Source: Candidatus Latescibacterota bacterium
GTDB taxonomy: Bacteria > Latescibacterota > UBA2968 > UBA8231
DNA length: 64,000 nucleotides
Assembly: GCA_965242865.1 (NCBI GenBank)
Contig: CBDETK010000013.1
Span: forward strand, 1,952,001 to 2,016,000
Direction of reading: 5' to 3'
Shown here: in pieces, positions 29,199 to 38,000 of the stretch
Position numbering within the stretch: the stretch's first letter is position 1
How the letters are laid out: each line of letters opens with the position of its first letter
Made by a program: the position numbers and the translations under genes
Notes under the pieces: model-generated
Databases searched by the model: none
What the model saw: only the letters and a program-made list of their open reading frames with translations
What the model was told of the DNA's origin: nothing

Positions 29199-29516
29199 AT
29201 GGCTCTGACGCGAAATTTCAAGGAAACGATCCAAGCGCGCATGGAGCGCGATCCAACCTTCCGCGAGGAACTGCTCAAGGAAGGGGTCGAGTGCCTGCTT
29301 GCGGGCGATGTAGATACTGGCAAGGCGGTATTGCGCGACTACATCAACGCAACCATTGGTTTTCGGGAGCTGGGCGGGTTGACCGCGAAGTCGCCCAAGA
29401 GCTTGATGCGCATGTTCAGCCCCAACGGCAAGCCCCAAGCCCGGAACCTGTTTGAGGTCATCGGATGGCTGCAAAAACGCGAAGGGTTGCACTTCAAAGT
29501 CCAAGCCGTTCGCTAA
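29199..29516 (+). CDS. Addiction-module antidote (HigA-like HTH antitoxin)
   Basis: MALTRNFKETIQARMERDPTFREELL...LRDYINATIGF..KSLMRMFSPNGKP; GGAGG RBS. Confidence 0.85.
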   Translation: MALTRNFKETIQARMERDPTFREELLKEGVECLLAGDVDTGKAVLRDYINATIGFRELGGLTAKSPKSLMRMFSPNGKPQARNLFEVIGWLQKREGLHFKVQAVR

Positions 29517-29534
29517 GAACAGAACGGCTCGTTC

Positions 29535-29609
29535 CTACAAGCCGACGGAACCCAGCCTATCATGGGCTTCCTCCAAATCGCGGACGTTCAGGGCCAATTG
29601 CAAGCGCAT
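29535..29609 (-). pseudogene. Remnant of a VOC/glyoxalase gene (ArsI/CadI-like)
   Basis: AAAGGAG RBS, then MRLQLALNVRDLEEAHDRLGSVGL*. Confidence 0.5.
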
Positions 29610-29677
29610 AACTCGCTCCTTTCGTATTTTCTCTTTACTCAGTAAGACGCAAAAAATTCTGCCAAATTGCAATTATC

Positions 29678-30817
29678 GTGAAAATCGCGGCCATCAAACT
29701 CTCGGTTTTCGAGCTGCCAGCCACCACTTCCCCCTTCGATCTAGAGCGCGTCCCCTACGGGCACCGCACCCGCTGGCAGCCCTGCGGCCACCGCCGCGCC
29801 AACGCCCCCATCCACGTGCTCCACGTGCTGACCGACGAAGGGCTGGAGGGCATCTGCACCGTCGGCGACGCCCGCTACCAGACCATGCGCCGCGAGGAAT
29901 TGGAGGCTCTGCGAATCATGGCTGTCGGACGCGACCCCCTCGACCGCGAGCGGCTCGACGACAAGCTGCGCTGGGCCACCCGCTCGCTGTTTGCGCGCCC
30001 GGGCTGGCACGGGGCTTTTGACAATTGCCTCTGGGACATCGCCGGACAAGCCGCCAGTCTCCCCGTCTGCGCTCTAATTGGCCGGGCGCGAGCGCGTTGC
30101 CGGGCCTATTACAACGTCCCTTCCGGCGCTCTCGACGCGGCCATAGAAGGGGCCGACCAAGCACTCGCATCGGGCTTTGTGGCACTCAAAGACCACTGGT
30201 CCGGTCCCCCCGACACCAATATCGCGTGGTCGCGCACTATCCGCGAGCGCGTCGGCCCGGATGTCGATCTATTGCACGACGCGGCCGGCAGCCCCTACAA
30301 TCTGCGCGAAGCCCTGCGCGTTGGTCGCGCCCTAGAGGAACTCAACTACGGCTGGTTTGAGGAGGCGATTTCCGACCGCGACCTCCAGGGATTGCAAACG
30401 CTGTGTGCCCAACTCGACCTACCCGTCATGGCCCTTGAGACCCTGATGCACGACTATGAACTCTGCACCGCTTGGGTCCGCGCCAGTGCTACAGATCTCG
30501 TCCGCGCCAATGCCCGCCACGGCACCACGGTGACCCTCAAACTCGCCGCGCTGGCGGCCGCCCACCGCACCACCATCGAACTCAACGGCCCGGGCGGCCT
30601 TTTCGGCCTAGTCCACGCTCATCTAGTCTGCGCCCTGCAAAACACCACGTACTACGAGTATTTTCCCGGTGGCAGCCGCGACGAGATCGGCCGCGCGATC
30701 GGCCTGCTCAATCCCCCACTTCCCGTCAACGGCCACATCGCGCCGCCGACTGGTCCCGGCTGGGGAGCGGAGTGGGACCGGGCTTATTTTGCCAAAAAGC
30801 GCGTGGCCGAATGGTAA
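29678..30817 (+). CDS. Mandelate racemase/muconate lactonizing enzyme family (enolase superfamily)
   Basis: LTDEGLEG, DNCLWDIAGQ, LLHDA, WFEE, PTGPGWG. Confidence 0.9.
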   Translation: MKIAAIKLSVFELPATTSPFDLERVPYGHRTRWQPCGHRRANAPIHVLHVLTDEGLEGICTVGDARYQTMRREELEALRIMAVGRDPLDRERLDDKLRWATRSLFARPGWHGAFDNCLWDIAGQAASLPVCALIGRARARCRAYYNVPSGALDAAIEGADQALASGFVALKDHWSGPPDTNIAWSRTIRERVGPDVDLLHDAAGSPYNLREALRVGRALEELNYGWFEEAISDRDLQGLQTLCAQLDLPVMALETLMHDYELCTAWVRASATDLVRANARHGTTVTLKLAALAAAHRTTIELNGPGGLFGLVHAHLVCALQNTTYYEYFPGGSRDEIGRAIGLLNPPLPVNGHIAPPTGPGWGAEWDRAYFAKKRVAEW

Positions 30818-30834
30818 GCTGCCATTAGATCCCC

Positions 30835-32301
30835 GTGAAAATCCAGTCTAAATTCCAAAGATCGCTCGTCGCGCTGCTCCACCGGGCACCGATACTTCTG
30901 TTCGCGATTGCGCTGATGTTAGCGGCATTTTTAGGGGGCGTGTATGTCACCGTAAAAAGAGCGTTTCCGTACGATCTTTTAAGAGGTTCCTATAGGACGG
31001 GTAAAACGCTGTACGATTCGTATAAGGAGAAGGATAAGTCCCGGTTACTTAATTATAAATTAACCTCCGCGGATGTCAGCCTCGACAGTTTGGCTGCGCG
31101 TCGCTTTGAATTCATCGGCGCAGATGAACTCGCCGATCCGATCCTCGTTTCCGGCGGGCTGGATTATTTCGCCGAGTATTGTCCCAACGCCAGCGGGTGC
31201 CTCGCGATCGAATACGACGGCCGAGGAAACGTGCGGCACGCCTATCCATTCCACCCCGAGCAACTAAAGACCGCACCCCGCCTCAGCGACTTGCCGCACG
31301 AACACTTTGGGGACTCGTTTGTTCCTTATGTTCGCCTAGTAGGTATATCCACCTACTCAAACGGCGATCTGCTGACCGTTTTCCATCTCCGTCATAGTTT
31401 TCCATTTGCCGGCGGCGTGGCACGGGTCAATCGCCAGGGTCAAGTACGCTGGTTCCGCCGAGACTATAGCCATCATATACCTTATGTAACCGAGGGCGAT
31501 ATTGCGCTGGTTCCAAGTCTGAGGATTGGCCAAGGACCTATCGACATCAAGCTCATCAACAACCGAACCTTTGCCTATACTTCAACTTTCCCTTTTAGAA
31601 GAGCGAGAACCTTCTATACGGACTTTGTCCACATCATTGACGGAAATGGGCGGCGGCTCAAAGCGATTTCCGTGCTGGACGCGATCCTCGAATCCCCGTT
31701 TGTACCAGCCCTGCGTTTCGCCAACATCGACGACCCGACCCATCTCAACTTTGTCCACCAACTGCGGGACGATGCCGGCGGTGTGGCCGGTATTGCACCG
31801 GGCGACCTCGTGGTTTCGCTTCGGGACTTAGACGCCTTCGGCATTCTAGACGGCGAAAGCTATCGGTTGAAAAAGTTGGTGCGCGGCAGCTTCTTTCGCC
31901 AACACAGCGTCCTGCATCTCGAAGGGGCTACGTTCCTCCTGTTCGACAACTGGGGAGGCGATGGCATACACGGCCCCTCTCGACTGCTCATGGTCGATCT
32001 AGCCGCTGGCGAGGAAACCACCATTTTTCCGAATGATGCCACGCCCGAACCCCTGCGAGAGCTGTTTTCTGAAGCGAGCGGGTTTATCTCCATTTCCCCA
32101 GACCGCCGCCGGGTTATCGTCACCTACTCCGCCGAAGGCATCGCCGTTGAAGTTCGGCTCGCCGATGGGGCGGTGCTGGCCGTGTTCACCAATCTACACG
32201 ACATATCGCACTTGGATTCGGCCTCCCCCCCAAAAAAGGCTATCGTTGTAATACCGTTGAATTGCGTAAAATACATTAACCGCAAGGGAGTGAGCAGATG
32301 A
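30835..32301 (+). CDS. Arylsulfotransferase (ASST)-family beta-propeller, N-terminally anchored
   Basis: TM anchor; YSHH, DPTHLN, DLVVSLR, RQHS, LLFDN motifs. Confidence 0.7.
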   Translation: MKIQSKFQRSLVALLHRAPILLFAIALMLAAFLGGVYVTVKRAFPYDLLRGSYRTGKTLYDSYKEKDKSRLLNYKLTSADVSLDSLAARRFEFIGADELADPILVSGGLDYFAEYCPNASGCLAIEYDGRGNVRHAYPFHPEQLKTAPRLSDLPHEHFGDSFVPYVRLVGISTYSNGDLLTVFHLRHSFPFAGGVARVNRQGQVRWFRRDYSHHIPYVTEGDIALVPSLRIGQGPIDIKLINNRTFAYTSTFPFRRARTFYTDFVHIIDGNGRRLKAISVLDAILESPFVPALRFANIDDPTHLNFVHQLRDDAGGVAGIAPGDLVVSLRDLDAFGILDGESYRLKKLVRGSFFRQHSVLHLEGATFLLFDNWGGDGIHGPSRLLMVDLAAGEETTIFPNDATPEPLRELFSEASGFISISPDRRRVIVTYSAEGIAVEVRLADGAVLAVFTNLHDISHLDSASPPKKAIVVIPLNCVKYINRKGVSR

Positions 32302-32537
32302 TCGTTGAAACGACCACACAAATCATTAGCGGCGTCGTATCTTTGGGCCTCATCGCTGCATATATCGGCCTCGGTTCGGGGTTGGCATCTATCGGCGCCT
32401 TGCTGGCGGTCGGCGGAACCGCAATCGTCATGCTCGTCGGCCTCGTCTGGTATCCCATCAAGCAGGTCCTCCGCAAGTGGAGCGCGCGCCGCGCAAACGA
32501 GACCCCAGACGATGAGCCGCCAGCGCCGACTGGCTAA
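32298..32537 (+). CDS. Small two-helix membrane protein
   Basis: AYIGLGSGLASIGALLA...WYPIK; ATGA coupling to the upstream gene. Confidence 0.65.
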   Translation: MIVETTTQIISGVVSLGLIAAYIGLGSGLASIGALLAVGGTAIVMLVGLVWYPIKQVLRKWSARRANETPDDEPPAPTG

Positions 32538-32539
32538 TC

Positions 32540-33631
32540 GTGCCATTCCAAGATCGCTATTCCAAGCTGGACCGGCTCCTGCACCGCTGGGCCTTTTCCT
32601 CCGTTGAAATACAAAAGGCCCTGGCCGATGTTGAGGCCCGCCTCTACGCCCGGCACTTGGCTGGCATTGAAATTGACCGGCCGGTATTTATCACCGCGCT
32701 TCCGCGAGCGGGCACCACCCTCTTGCTTGAAACGCTGGGTTCGCTGGCTACATTCGCCACCCATACCTACCGGAACATGCCGTTTTTGCTCATTCCTCTC
32801 CTGTGGAACGCCCTTTCGCGCCGCTTTCGCGCACCCGCTGCGGTTGTCGAGCGCGCCCACGGCGACGGCATGACCATCGGCTTTGACAGCCCCGAGGCGT
32901 TTGAAGAAGTGGTGTGGCGGGCGTTTTGGCCCGAAAAATACCTCGACGATCGCATCGCTCCGTGGATGGCGACCGACGAGGATGTTCATCGAGAGTTCGG
33001 GCCGTTCATCAAATCCCACCTCGCTAAGATGATCGCCCTAAGAACGGAGAAAAAACCGACGGCGGTTCGCTATCTCTCAAAAAACAATGCCAATATATCC
33101 CGCATTCCCAAAATCATTCAGTTGTTTCCCAATGCCATCGTCCTCGTCCCGTTCCGCAATCCCCGCGACCACGCCGCCGCCCTGTTGCGGCAGCATCTCA
33201 ACTTCCTGAAAATCCACGCGGCCGAGCCTTTTACCCGGCGGTATATGGCGGACATCGGCCATTTCGACTTGGGCGCGAACCTCCGCCCGATTGATTTTGG
33301 GCACTGGTTGAGCCGGGAGGATGCAAAGCCCACCCATACCGCAGACTTTTGGCTCAACTATTGGTGCGCGGCCTACGCGCATATCCTCGCCCAGCCCCAC
33401 CCCAACCTCCTACTCGTCAGCTATGATGCGCTTTGCGCCAATCCCGGCCCAATCCTGCGGCGCGTCGGCGATGCGCTAGGCATGGATAAACCAACGGAGC
33501 TGGTCGCCCTCGGCGGCCGGTTTCGCCGGCCGACCCGCTACGATGCCGATACATTGAACATCGATCCACGCCTGCTCGGCACGGCCTCCGCACTGCACCG
33601 CGAATTACAAAACCGTTCTTATGAGATTTAG
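32540..33631 (+). CDS. PAPS-dependent sulfotransferase
   Basis: PVFITALPRAGTTLL (5'-PSB loop), YLSKNN, VPFRNP (3'-PB). Confidence 0.85.
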   Translation: MPFQDRYSKLDRLLHRWAFSSVEIQKALADVEARLYARHLAGIEIDRPVFITALPRAGTTLLLETLGSLATFATHTYRNMPFLLIPLLWNALSRRFRAPAAVVERAHGDGMTIGFDSPEAFEEVVWRAFWPEKYLDDRIAPWMATDEDVHREFGPFIKSHLAKMIALRTEKKPTAVRYLSKNNANISRIPKIIQLFPNAIVLVPFRNPRDHAAALLRQHLNFLKIHAAEPFTRRYMADIGHFDLGANLRPIDFGHWLSREDAKPTHTADFWLNYWCAAYAHILAQPHPNLLLVSYDALCANPGPILRRVGDALGMDKPTELVALGGRFRRPTRYDADTLNIDPRLLGTASALHRELQNRSYEI

Positions 33632-36000
33632 TAGGCCACGCTGATGATGCGGTGCCGGCTCGCGGCCCCGGCTTGGGCCTCCACCTCCACTCGGCACAGG
33701 TACGAACCGGGGGGCACTACGCGCTCGGCTTGGTCTTGGCCGCCCCACGTGTAGCGGTGGGATTGGTCGGGCTGGCGCTGGCCTTCGAGGGCGCGGACGA
33801 GCCGACCGTCGAGCGTGTAGATCTGCACTTGGACGGGCGCGTCCGTCTTTAGGATGTGGAAGCGGATTTCCGCTGCGTCGCCGATTCCGTCCCCATTGGG
33901 GCTGATGAACGCCTGCACCGAGAGGTTGGCGATTAGCTGATCGGTGTCCGGGACGCTGGGCAGATAGACGGTCGTGGCGGCGCGGCGCACCGGATCAACC
34001 GGCTGCCAGACCCCGAGCTGCCGCTCGTGGCCGACGAAGGCCCGGAAGAGGGCGGCGTTGCGCTCGACAACCGCGCTGAACGCCAGCGCGACTTCCTCGC
34101 GCCGCACCGTGCGATTGAGCTCCACGAGCAGGGAATCGCCGGCAACGCGCACTGCGGCCGGCTCGGCTGGGGCGTCCGCTATGGTCAGGACGAGGGCGGC
34201 GGGATCGACGGGCGAGGGCGTTTGCAGGAGGACGCGGTCAAACCCCGGGTTGAGCCGCTCTAAGGTCGGCGTGATGCGGAACGAGAACCGCTGCGCCACG
34301 CCCGCCTCGGCCGTGCGCGGCAACACCTCGCCGGTGACCTCGGCGAGGAAGGCGTCGGTAAATTCGATTTCCAAGGCGCGCACGGTCGGCGCCGTGGTCG
34401 GGCGGTCGGAGCTGAGGATGAGCTGAACTTGGACAAAGCGACGCGGGCTGGGGGACAGGAACTGCTCGCCGGAGTGCTGGTAAAAGTTGCTCCACTCGCT
34501 CCAGTCCGCGCCAATGCCGATGGTGCTCTGGGTTTCGCCCCGCAGTGCCTTGGGCATCTGGTCGTACTGCTCGGCCGTTACTTCGGTGCCATCCTTGCGG
34601 AAGTAGCGAAAATTTTCTTGCAGCGCGTCGCCCGAGCGCGTCCTCGCCTGAATGCGCGCGCCCGGGGGCAAATCGGCTTCCCAGCGCAGGGATTTGATCA
34701 CCTTGGCCCGGTTGTCGCCGGCGATTTTCCCCAAGTCGATGAAGTCCGAATTCATTTCCACTTGGGCCACGTGGCCCACCGCAAACACCAGCGTCTCGAT
34801 CAAAAAGCCGCTCTGGAACTCAAAGCTGGACTGCGCTCCGCCGCCGCCGACCCATTCGGCCGCGATAAAGCGGACGGGGCGCGGCGCAAAAAGATACGTC
34901 AGTTGGCCGGGGAACTCGGTCGAGGACGCGAGCAAGGCCGCTGCGTCGCCGATGAAGAGTTGGTCGAAATCGACTTCGCCGGTCAGGGTGCGACGCCCAT
35001 TGGAAACGCTCAAGCTATGGGTGCGAATTTGCGGCAGATTGGAGCCGTAGGTCAGGGTGCGGAGGAGAAAGTCCGAAGTGCGCATCACGATCCGGTCCAC
35101 CCAAAACAGCGCCCCCAAGTCCCAGTCCCAAGCGATGGGATCTTGACCGCGCTCCCGCCGTGCGCCCCAATCGGTATTGGCGTTGCCGTCGGCCATGTTG
35201 AAGGCAAATCCCCGGCCCGCGCGCTCCTGAATGGTGCCGCCGCGCGCCAAGGTCTGCAAGGCGACATTTTCGCCGATCGTATGCACTTCTACCTCGGCTA
35301 GGGCGGCGTCCGGCGTCTTGGCATCTACCAAAATCCTAATGTATTGCAGCAGATCATAGGTGGCGTCCGCAACGTCCTCCTCGCGGGTTTCCCACATCCG
35401 CTTGGCCTCCCGCACCAGCGGCTTGACATCGTAGGTCACCACGGTCTCGTCAATGGGCTTGGTCGTGCCGCCTATTAGGTGAAAAGAGAATATGTCTTGG
35501 CGCGTCACGCGGCGGCCCTCAGAGCCGAAAACGCGGAATTCGCGGAAGGGCCGCGCCCCCTCTTGATCCGGGAAGATGAGGCGAATCTCCGTCACCAGTA
35601 CGGCCCGGCCTAGGTTGATCTCGATCCACCAGTCGTCTAAGGGGGCGTCCGGGTCGGGTTGCCAGAAGGTGTGGGCGCGGCCGTCGATAGCCCGGCCGGC
35701 CGTTGCGAGGTTGGAGCCGGCCTTCCACGCGCCTCCGCGCCGCTCTTGGCCGCTCACCAGCTTGTGGGTGAACTCGCCGGCGTTGGCCGCGGCGTTGTGC
35801 CGGCCCTTGAACTCGACCGGGGTCACCGACCCGTCCGGGGAAAACGCGAGCGTGCCGGCCGGAAAGGTCCACTGCTGCCACTCGGCTTTGCGGTCCACTC
35901 GGTACACTGCTAGATCGGCCCGCTGGGTCTGGGCGTATGCCGCCAGCACCAAGGCCGCTAAACCCAAGGCCGCAAATAGGAGGAACGCACCGCGCTGCAT
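33628..36000 (-). CDS. Secreted protein with discoidin-like domains and C-terminal FlgD Ig-like domain
   Basis: Signal peptide; AIDG..TFW..WWIEINLG; ISPNGDGIGD..IYTLDGRLVR..WGGQD..PPGSY; ends SVAY. Confidence 0.75.
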   Translation of the reverse strand: MQRGAFLLFAALGLAALVLAAYAQTQRADLAVYRVDRKAEWQQWTFPAGTLAFSPDGSVTPVEFKGRHNAAANAGEFTHKLVSGQERRGGAWKAGSNLATAGRAIDGRAHTFWQPDPDAPLDDWWIEINLGRAVLVTEIRLIFPDQEGARPFREFRVFGSEGRRVTRQDIFSFHLIGGTTKPIDETVVTYDVKPLVREAKRMWETREEDVADATYDLLQYIRILVDAKTPDAALAEVEVHTIGENVALQTLARGGTIQERAGRGFAFNMADGNANTDWGARRERGQDPIAWDWDLGALFWVDRIVMRTSDFLLRTLTYGSNLPQIRTHSLSVSNGRRTLTGEVDFDQLFIGDAAALLASSTEFPGQLTYLFAPRPVRFIAAEWVGGGGAQSSFEFQSGFLIETLVFAVGHVAQVEMNSDFIDLGKIAGDNRAKVIKSLRWEADLPPGARIQARTRSGDALQENFRYFRKDGTEVTAEQYDQMPKALRGETQSTIGIGADWSEWSNFYQHSGEQFLSPSPRRFVQVQLILSSDRPTTAPTVRALEIEFTDAFLAEVTGEVLPRTAEAGVAQRFSFRITPTLERLNPGFDRVLLQTPSPVDPAALVLTIADAPAEPAAVRVAGDSLLVELNRTVRREEVALAFSAVVERNAALFRAFVGHERQLGVWQPVDPVRRAATTVYLPSVPDTDQLIANLSVQAFISPNGDGIGDAAEIRFHILKTDAPVQVQIYTLDGRLVRALEGQRQPDQSHRYTWGGQDQAERVVPPGSYLCRVEVEAQAGAASRHRIISVAY

Positions 36001-36014
36001 GATCTACTCCTTTT

Positions 36015-37964
36015 TTAGTACGCAACGGCCACCGCGCCGAGGCGCGTGAAACGCTCGCGCTCGGCGTCGGCCGTCACCTCGGCGAGGTACAGCCCCACGG
36101 GAACCGGGGTGCCGCGGTCGTCGCGGCCGTCCCAGTCCCAAACAAAAGAGCCGCTGCCCCGCGCACCGGCAAACAAGGTGCGCACCCGCTGGCCGCCGAT
36201 CGAGAAAATCCGCACGGTTAGCTGGACGGGCTGCTGGAGCTGGACCAAGGTGCAGGAAATGCGGACGCGCTCGTTGACCCCATCGCCATTGGGCGTCACC
36301 GTGGCCGGCTGCACCGCAAAAAACGGGAGCAGATTGCGCACCGAAGCGGCCGTGGTCAACACGCGTAGGTCGTTGGTCAGGACCGCGGGGTTGGCGTCCC
36401 CGGGCAGGACCTGCTGCGGGGCCTCGTCGCTTTGGGTGTCGAAGACTCGGGCGCGAAAGAACGTAGATTGGACGAAGACTTCGGCACTGAAAACCACGCG
36501 CAAGGCACTCGGGGATTGATGGGTCAGCCGTTGACTGGGGAAGAATAGCTTGAGGCTCCGCTCGCCCTCGACGACGCTGTCGGGCGCGGTCGCAACCGGC
36601 GGGTCGCCCGCGAACAGCTCCTCAAATCGCGGCCTAGCCGGCGTGAAAATCTCCAAGGCATCAAAGCCCACGTCCGTCTCGTTTATGTCGGCGCGGATGT
36701 CGTAGGCAAAGGTCGAGAGCGCGCCGGCCGGCACTCGGGGCTTATTGCCCGAAGGGCGGGGGGTTTCCAGCGCGGAGATTTCTCCGATTAGCTGCTGGGC
36801 CAACGGCGGGATGGAGTGCTCAACCGCCAGCGAGTTGACCCGGATGCCGTCGAGGATGGAGTGGCTGGTGAGGACGATTTCGAGCTGGAAGAAGCGACGC
36901 GGACTCGGCAGCTCAATCCGCTGGCCGGACTCCACGAAGGGGGGCGACCACTCGCTCCAGTTGACGGGGTCGTCTTCAACCGGGCCGCGCACGTTCAGGC
37001 CCAGCCGGCCGTAATCGCCTTCCGAGACTTCCCGCACATCGCCGGTGAAAACATTGACGATTTCGTAGAAGACCTGTGGGGTATCGTCGCGGCCCGTGCG
37101 CATGCGAATGGCGACCCGCGCATCGGCCAAGGGCTCGACGTCGATGCGGCCCTCTTCTTGGCGCAAGGGCTCGGCCTGCCACAACAGGCGGCTCAAGTTG
37201 GCCACTTCGCCCAAGTCAATGATCTTGGACCGATAGCGGCCCTCCGGGGGAAAGCCCGCTCCGTACACCTCAAACTCGGCGATCTCAAAGGGATTGGTCG
37301 AAGTGACGTTGAGCTGGATGTAGCGGACGAATTGCAAGGGGAAGGGGATTTGCGCCACGCTTTCCGTGGTGAAATCCACTTGGGTCAGCAGGTTGTACAC
37401 CGGCAGGTTTTCCGGCGTGAAGCGCACGCCGTCGCTGACCTGAATCTTGTAGCCGCGGATGAAGTCGTCGTCAAAGGGCCGCCCGCGGCTGTCAGCCCCG
37501 GCTGGGCGCGGGAAAAACGAGATGCGGTTGACCGGCAAGCGCGTGCCCAAGTCAAAGAAAAAGGCCCGGCCCGCTTGCAGCACCCCAAATTCCTTGAAGC
37601 GGTTTTCGCTGGAGGTCTGCACGTCGCCATCGACGAGCGGGGCATTGGTCTGCTTGAAGGGCACGTTGTCCCACACCCGCGCCTCGGCCGCCTCTTCGAC
37701 GAAATCCAAGGGAAAGCCCTCGGTCCATCTCAACTGCCGGACGATGTTGTCGTTGGGATTAAAACCCACCAATTGAATGGCCCCGGCCGCGTCGAAGCGG
37801 ATGGCCGTGGAGTTTAGCTCGTCGTCCTGCCAAGAGCGGCCCGCACCGCCCAATTCCCACAGCCGCACCTCGCCCGCCGCGACCATGGCCAACCACGCGA
37901 CTCCCACTAGCGCCTTAGCAGCACAAACCAGCAATTTGCACGCAGACAAAAGCAATTCCCTCAC
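36015..37964 (-). CDS. Secreted protein with C-terminal FlgD Ig-like domain
   Basis: Signal peptide; RTGRDDTP, NWSEWS; TPNGDGVN..WDGRDDRG..PVGLY; ends AVAY. Confidence 0.75.
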   Translation of the reverse strand: MRELLLSACKLLVCAAKALVGVAWLAMVAAGEVRLWELGGAGRSWQDDELNSTAIRFDAAGAIQLVGFNPNDNIVRQLRWTEGFPLDFVEEAAEARVWDNVPFKQTNAPLVDGDVQTSSENRFKEFGVLQAGRAFFFDLGTRLPVNRISFFPRPAGADSRGRPFDDDFIRGYKIQVSDGVRFTPENLPVYNLLTQVDFTTESVAQIPFPLQFVRYIQLNVTSTNPFEIAEFEVYGAGFPPEGRYRSKIIDLGEVANLSRLLWQAEPLRQEEGRIDVEPLADARVAIRMRTGRDDTPQVFYEIVNVFTGDVREVSEGDYGRLGLNVRGPVEDDPVNWSEWSPPFVESGQRIELPSPRRFFQLEIVLTSHSILDGIRVNSLAVEHSIPPLAQQLIGEISALETPRPSGNKPRVPAGALSTFAYDIRADINETDVGFDALEIFTPARPRFEELFAGDPPVATAPDSVVEGERSLKLFFPSQRLTHQSPSALRVVFSAEVFVQSTFFRARVFDTQSDEAPQQVLPGDANPAVLTNDLRVLTTAASVRNLLPFFAVQPATVTPNGDGVNERVRISCTLVQLQQPVQLTVRIFSIGGQRVRTLFAGARGSGSFVWDWDGRDDRGTPVPVGLYLAEVTADAERERFTRLGAVAVAY

Positions 37965-38000
37965 TTTGTGGCGAAATATAGCCCGTTCTCACCCACCCCT

